Assembly (NCBI GenBank): GCA_050613775.1
Contig: JBODTK010000123.1
Span: 479,134 to 499,133 of the forward strand
Source: Neocallimastix sp. 'constans'
Lineage: Eukaryota
DNA: 20,000 bases
Reading direction: 5' to 3'
Shown here: one piece after another, positions 18,050-20,000 of the stretch
Numbering within the stretch: position 1 is the first letter of the stretch
Layout of the letters: the number at the start of each line of letters is the position of its first letter
The notes under the pieces: generated by a model
Seen by the model: only the letters and a program-made list of their open reading frames with translations
What the model was told of the DNA's origin: nothing
The model's database searches: none
Translations under genes and position numbers: made by a program

Positions 18050-20000
18050 ATATAATCGAAGTAAACTTCCTTCCATTCTTTAAATATAATAAATAAATGT
18101 CTTGATTTCTTGAGTTGTTTTTTCAACTTCTTCTAAAGGAACCCAATCATTTGTATTTTTATATTTATACCTTACACGATATTCATAACAATTTTTCTTA
18201 TAGTTAGTCCTAAATTCAGAGATTTCAATAATTTCCTTAATAGATTCGTCATGAGATCTTCTTTTTCTATATTCTGGAGGAGTAGGAATGAAAGGCTCAA
18301 GCTCAGATATATGGAATATTGGATGATGTTTAGGGAAAGGAGATCTTTTTAAATTTATTTAATAATTATTATTATCAAAAAGCTATCAAGTACTTTATAA
18401 GGTCCGTACTTACAAGGTGATAATTTAGAATTATCTTTGATATTGAGAGAAGGAGGAATTTGAACCCATACTAAGTCACCTTCTTTAAAAACAGGAGGTT
18501 CTAATCTTTTCTTATCAGCATGCCTTTTATATAATTCTTTGGAAACGTAAGTAAGACGTCTTTTATGTGATTAAAACTAGTATTTACATTTTTTAATATA
18601 TTTTAAATTAGTATCCATTTGAGATAATAAAAAAAATTCGTCCATGGAAGGATGGAACCTATAATTTATAAAGAAAGGAGTTTCCTTGGTAAATTCATTA
18701 ACAGAAATTATTATATGAAAATTCTGCAAGGTAGATCCTCTTTCTGTATAAATATCTCGAGGTAAACCATGTAGTTTAAAGATATTATTCATAAAAAGCC
18801 TAAGCAGTTTGTTTTGCATCCGGTATTGGTTTAAAGGGAATTAAGTGGATCATTTTAGAAAAACAATCGACAACTACCCATTATTACTATATATCCTTTA
18901 GAATCGAGAAGACCGCATAAAAAGTCGATTTCAATAGATTTCCAAGGTCTTTTTCGGGAGTAACCAAAGGTTGTAGAAGACCCTAATTTTCTGTGCCTAC
19001 TTACTTTGTTTCATGCACAGGATTGACAAGAGTTTACATATTTGTTTACATCTTCTTTTTATTTTAGGCCACCAAAAGTTCCTTGTTATTAACTCTAAAG
19101 TTCTTTTAATTCTTAAATGAATGACCGGCAGCGGGCTTTTCATGATATTTAGTTAATATTTCTAATCGGAGACCGGAGAACTTCAGGAATATAGACTAGA
19201 TTATAATAAGATATTAAATTGTCCTTTATTTTAAACTTTTTCATTTTTCTAAAGGGCTTATAAGATATATCATTTTTTTTTTTTACATTTTGAGGTGTAA
19301 AGTAAAGTCGAATATCTTCAGTTGTAAGCGTCAGACTTGGTAGCATCAATAATCCTTTCTAAAAAGGTCACTAACAATACTAACAAAACAATTTAACGTT
19401 TTTAATGTCTAAAATATTTTCAGGTTTTTCTTCATAAAGTGTTGTTATTAATATAATCAGGTCTTCTAGATAGACTGTCAAGTATTCCGTTTTTGTTTCC
19501 CTGCCTATACTTTATTATAAAATTATATTTTTGGAAGAAAAGGTACCATCTGTGTAGTCTTTGATTTGAGACCCCTTTCTTTTCTAATGTGTATATTAAA
19601 TTCCTATGATTTGTATAGACAGTAATTTGGTATTTAGCATCAAGGAGTAGACGTCTCCAAGCAATAAAAGCATCCCTTTATAGTGAGTAGTTCTTTATCA
19701 GTAATTGTATATATATTATATATATTAATTTCGGCGTTTAGTAAACTTCTAGAATAATATGCTACTGGATGTAAATGATTATCTTTATCCCTTTGCGATA
19801 GAACAGCACCAATAGCATAATTACTTGCATCACATTCTACTATAAAAGGTTTTGTAAAATCAGGATGGAATAGAATTGGAGAAGTAATTAATCTTTTCTT
19901 TAATTCCTTAAAAGCATTTTCACACTCATTTGTCCATAAAAATTTAATATTCTTTCTTGTTATAAATTATGTAAAGATTTTGCAAAAATTGAAAAATCTT
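18050..20000 (-). pseudogene. Gypsy pol pseudogene (RT C-terminus, RNase H, integrase, chromodomain)
   Basis: FLWTNECENAFKELKKRLITSPILFHPDFTKPFIVECDASNYAIGAVLSQ, HPVAYYSRSL, TDKELL, VYTNHRNL, DSLSRRPDY. Integrase zinc finger AAGH...RNFWWP...SCQSC; RPWKSIEIDF; VVDCFSKMIH; HGLPRDIYTERGS; GPYKV; HPIFHISELEPF. Chromo-like YEYRVRYKYKNTNDWVP. Many frameshifts and stops. Confidence 0.92.

Larger units (their letters stand above)
17278..20000 (-). mobile_element. Decayed Ty3/gypsy LTR retrotransposon (chromovirus), 3' half; continues beyond the window
   Basis: RT end, RNase H, integrase and chromodomain in gypsy order on the minus strand, followed by a ~600-bp 3' UTR, PPT and TG-start LTR. Confidence 0.92.

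Noticed and set aside
18577..19349. 80-aa and 66-aa ORFs as independent genes
   Set aside because: They are frameshifted pieces of the gypsy pol pseudogene.
1..20000. tRNA or rRNA genes
   Set aside because: No cloverleaf or rRNA-like GC-rich segment seen; tRNAscan-SE or Infernal would be needed to exclude them formally.

Overview
Very AT-rich eukaryotic DNA with GT-AG introns and the standard code. Composition and gene content suggest an anaerobic gut fungus (Neocallimastigomycota); this is an inference. There are two intact genes: a 6-exon Osh6/Osh7-type oxysterol-binding lipid transfer protein (+, 5420-8021, 425 aa) and an intronless secreted HEXXH metallopeptidase-like gene (-, 15249-16268) that looks bacterial and runs directly into an A64 tract. 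The rest is repeats and mobile-element debris: (i) a family of short TIR elements, including a complete 284-bp MITE with a 9-bp TSD (Mutator-like) at 561-844 and relatives at 120-512 and 16793-17220; (ii) a foldback-like pair of inverted compound 7-mer satellites at ~2290-3965; (iii) a 2.4-kb array of ~25 conserved 31-bp units separated by variable numbers of TTATT pentamers (8713-11122); (iv) a fossil cluster of a probable LINE fragment, a Ty1/copia RT-RNaseH remnant with an internal ~310-bp inversion, and an ankyrin-family-like pseudogene; (v) the 3' half of a decayed Ty3/gypsy chromovirus with PPT and 3' LTR (-, ~17278-20000). The long ORFs over the satellite are artefacts.
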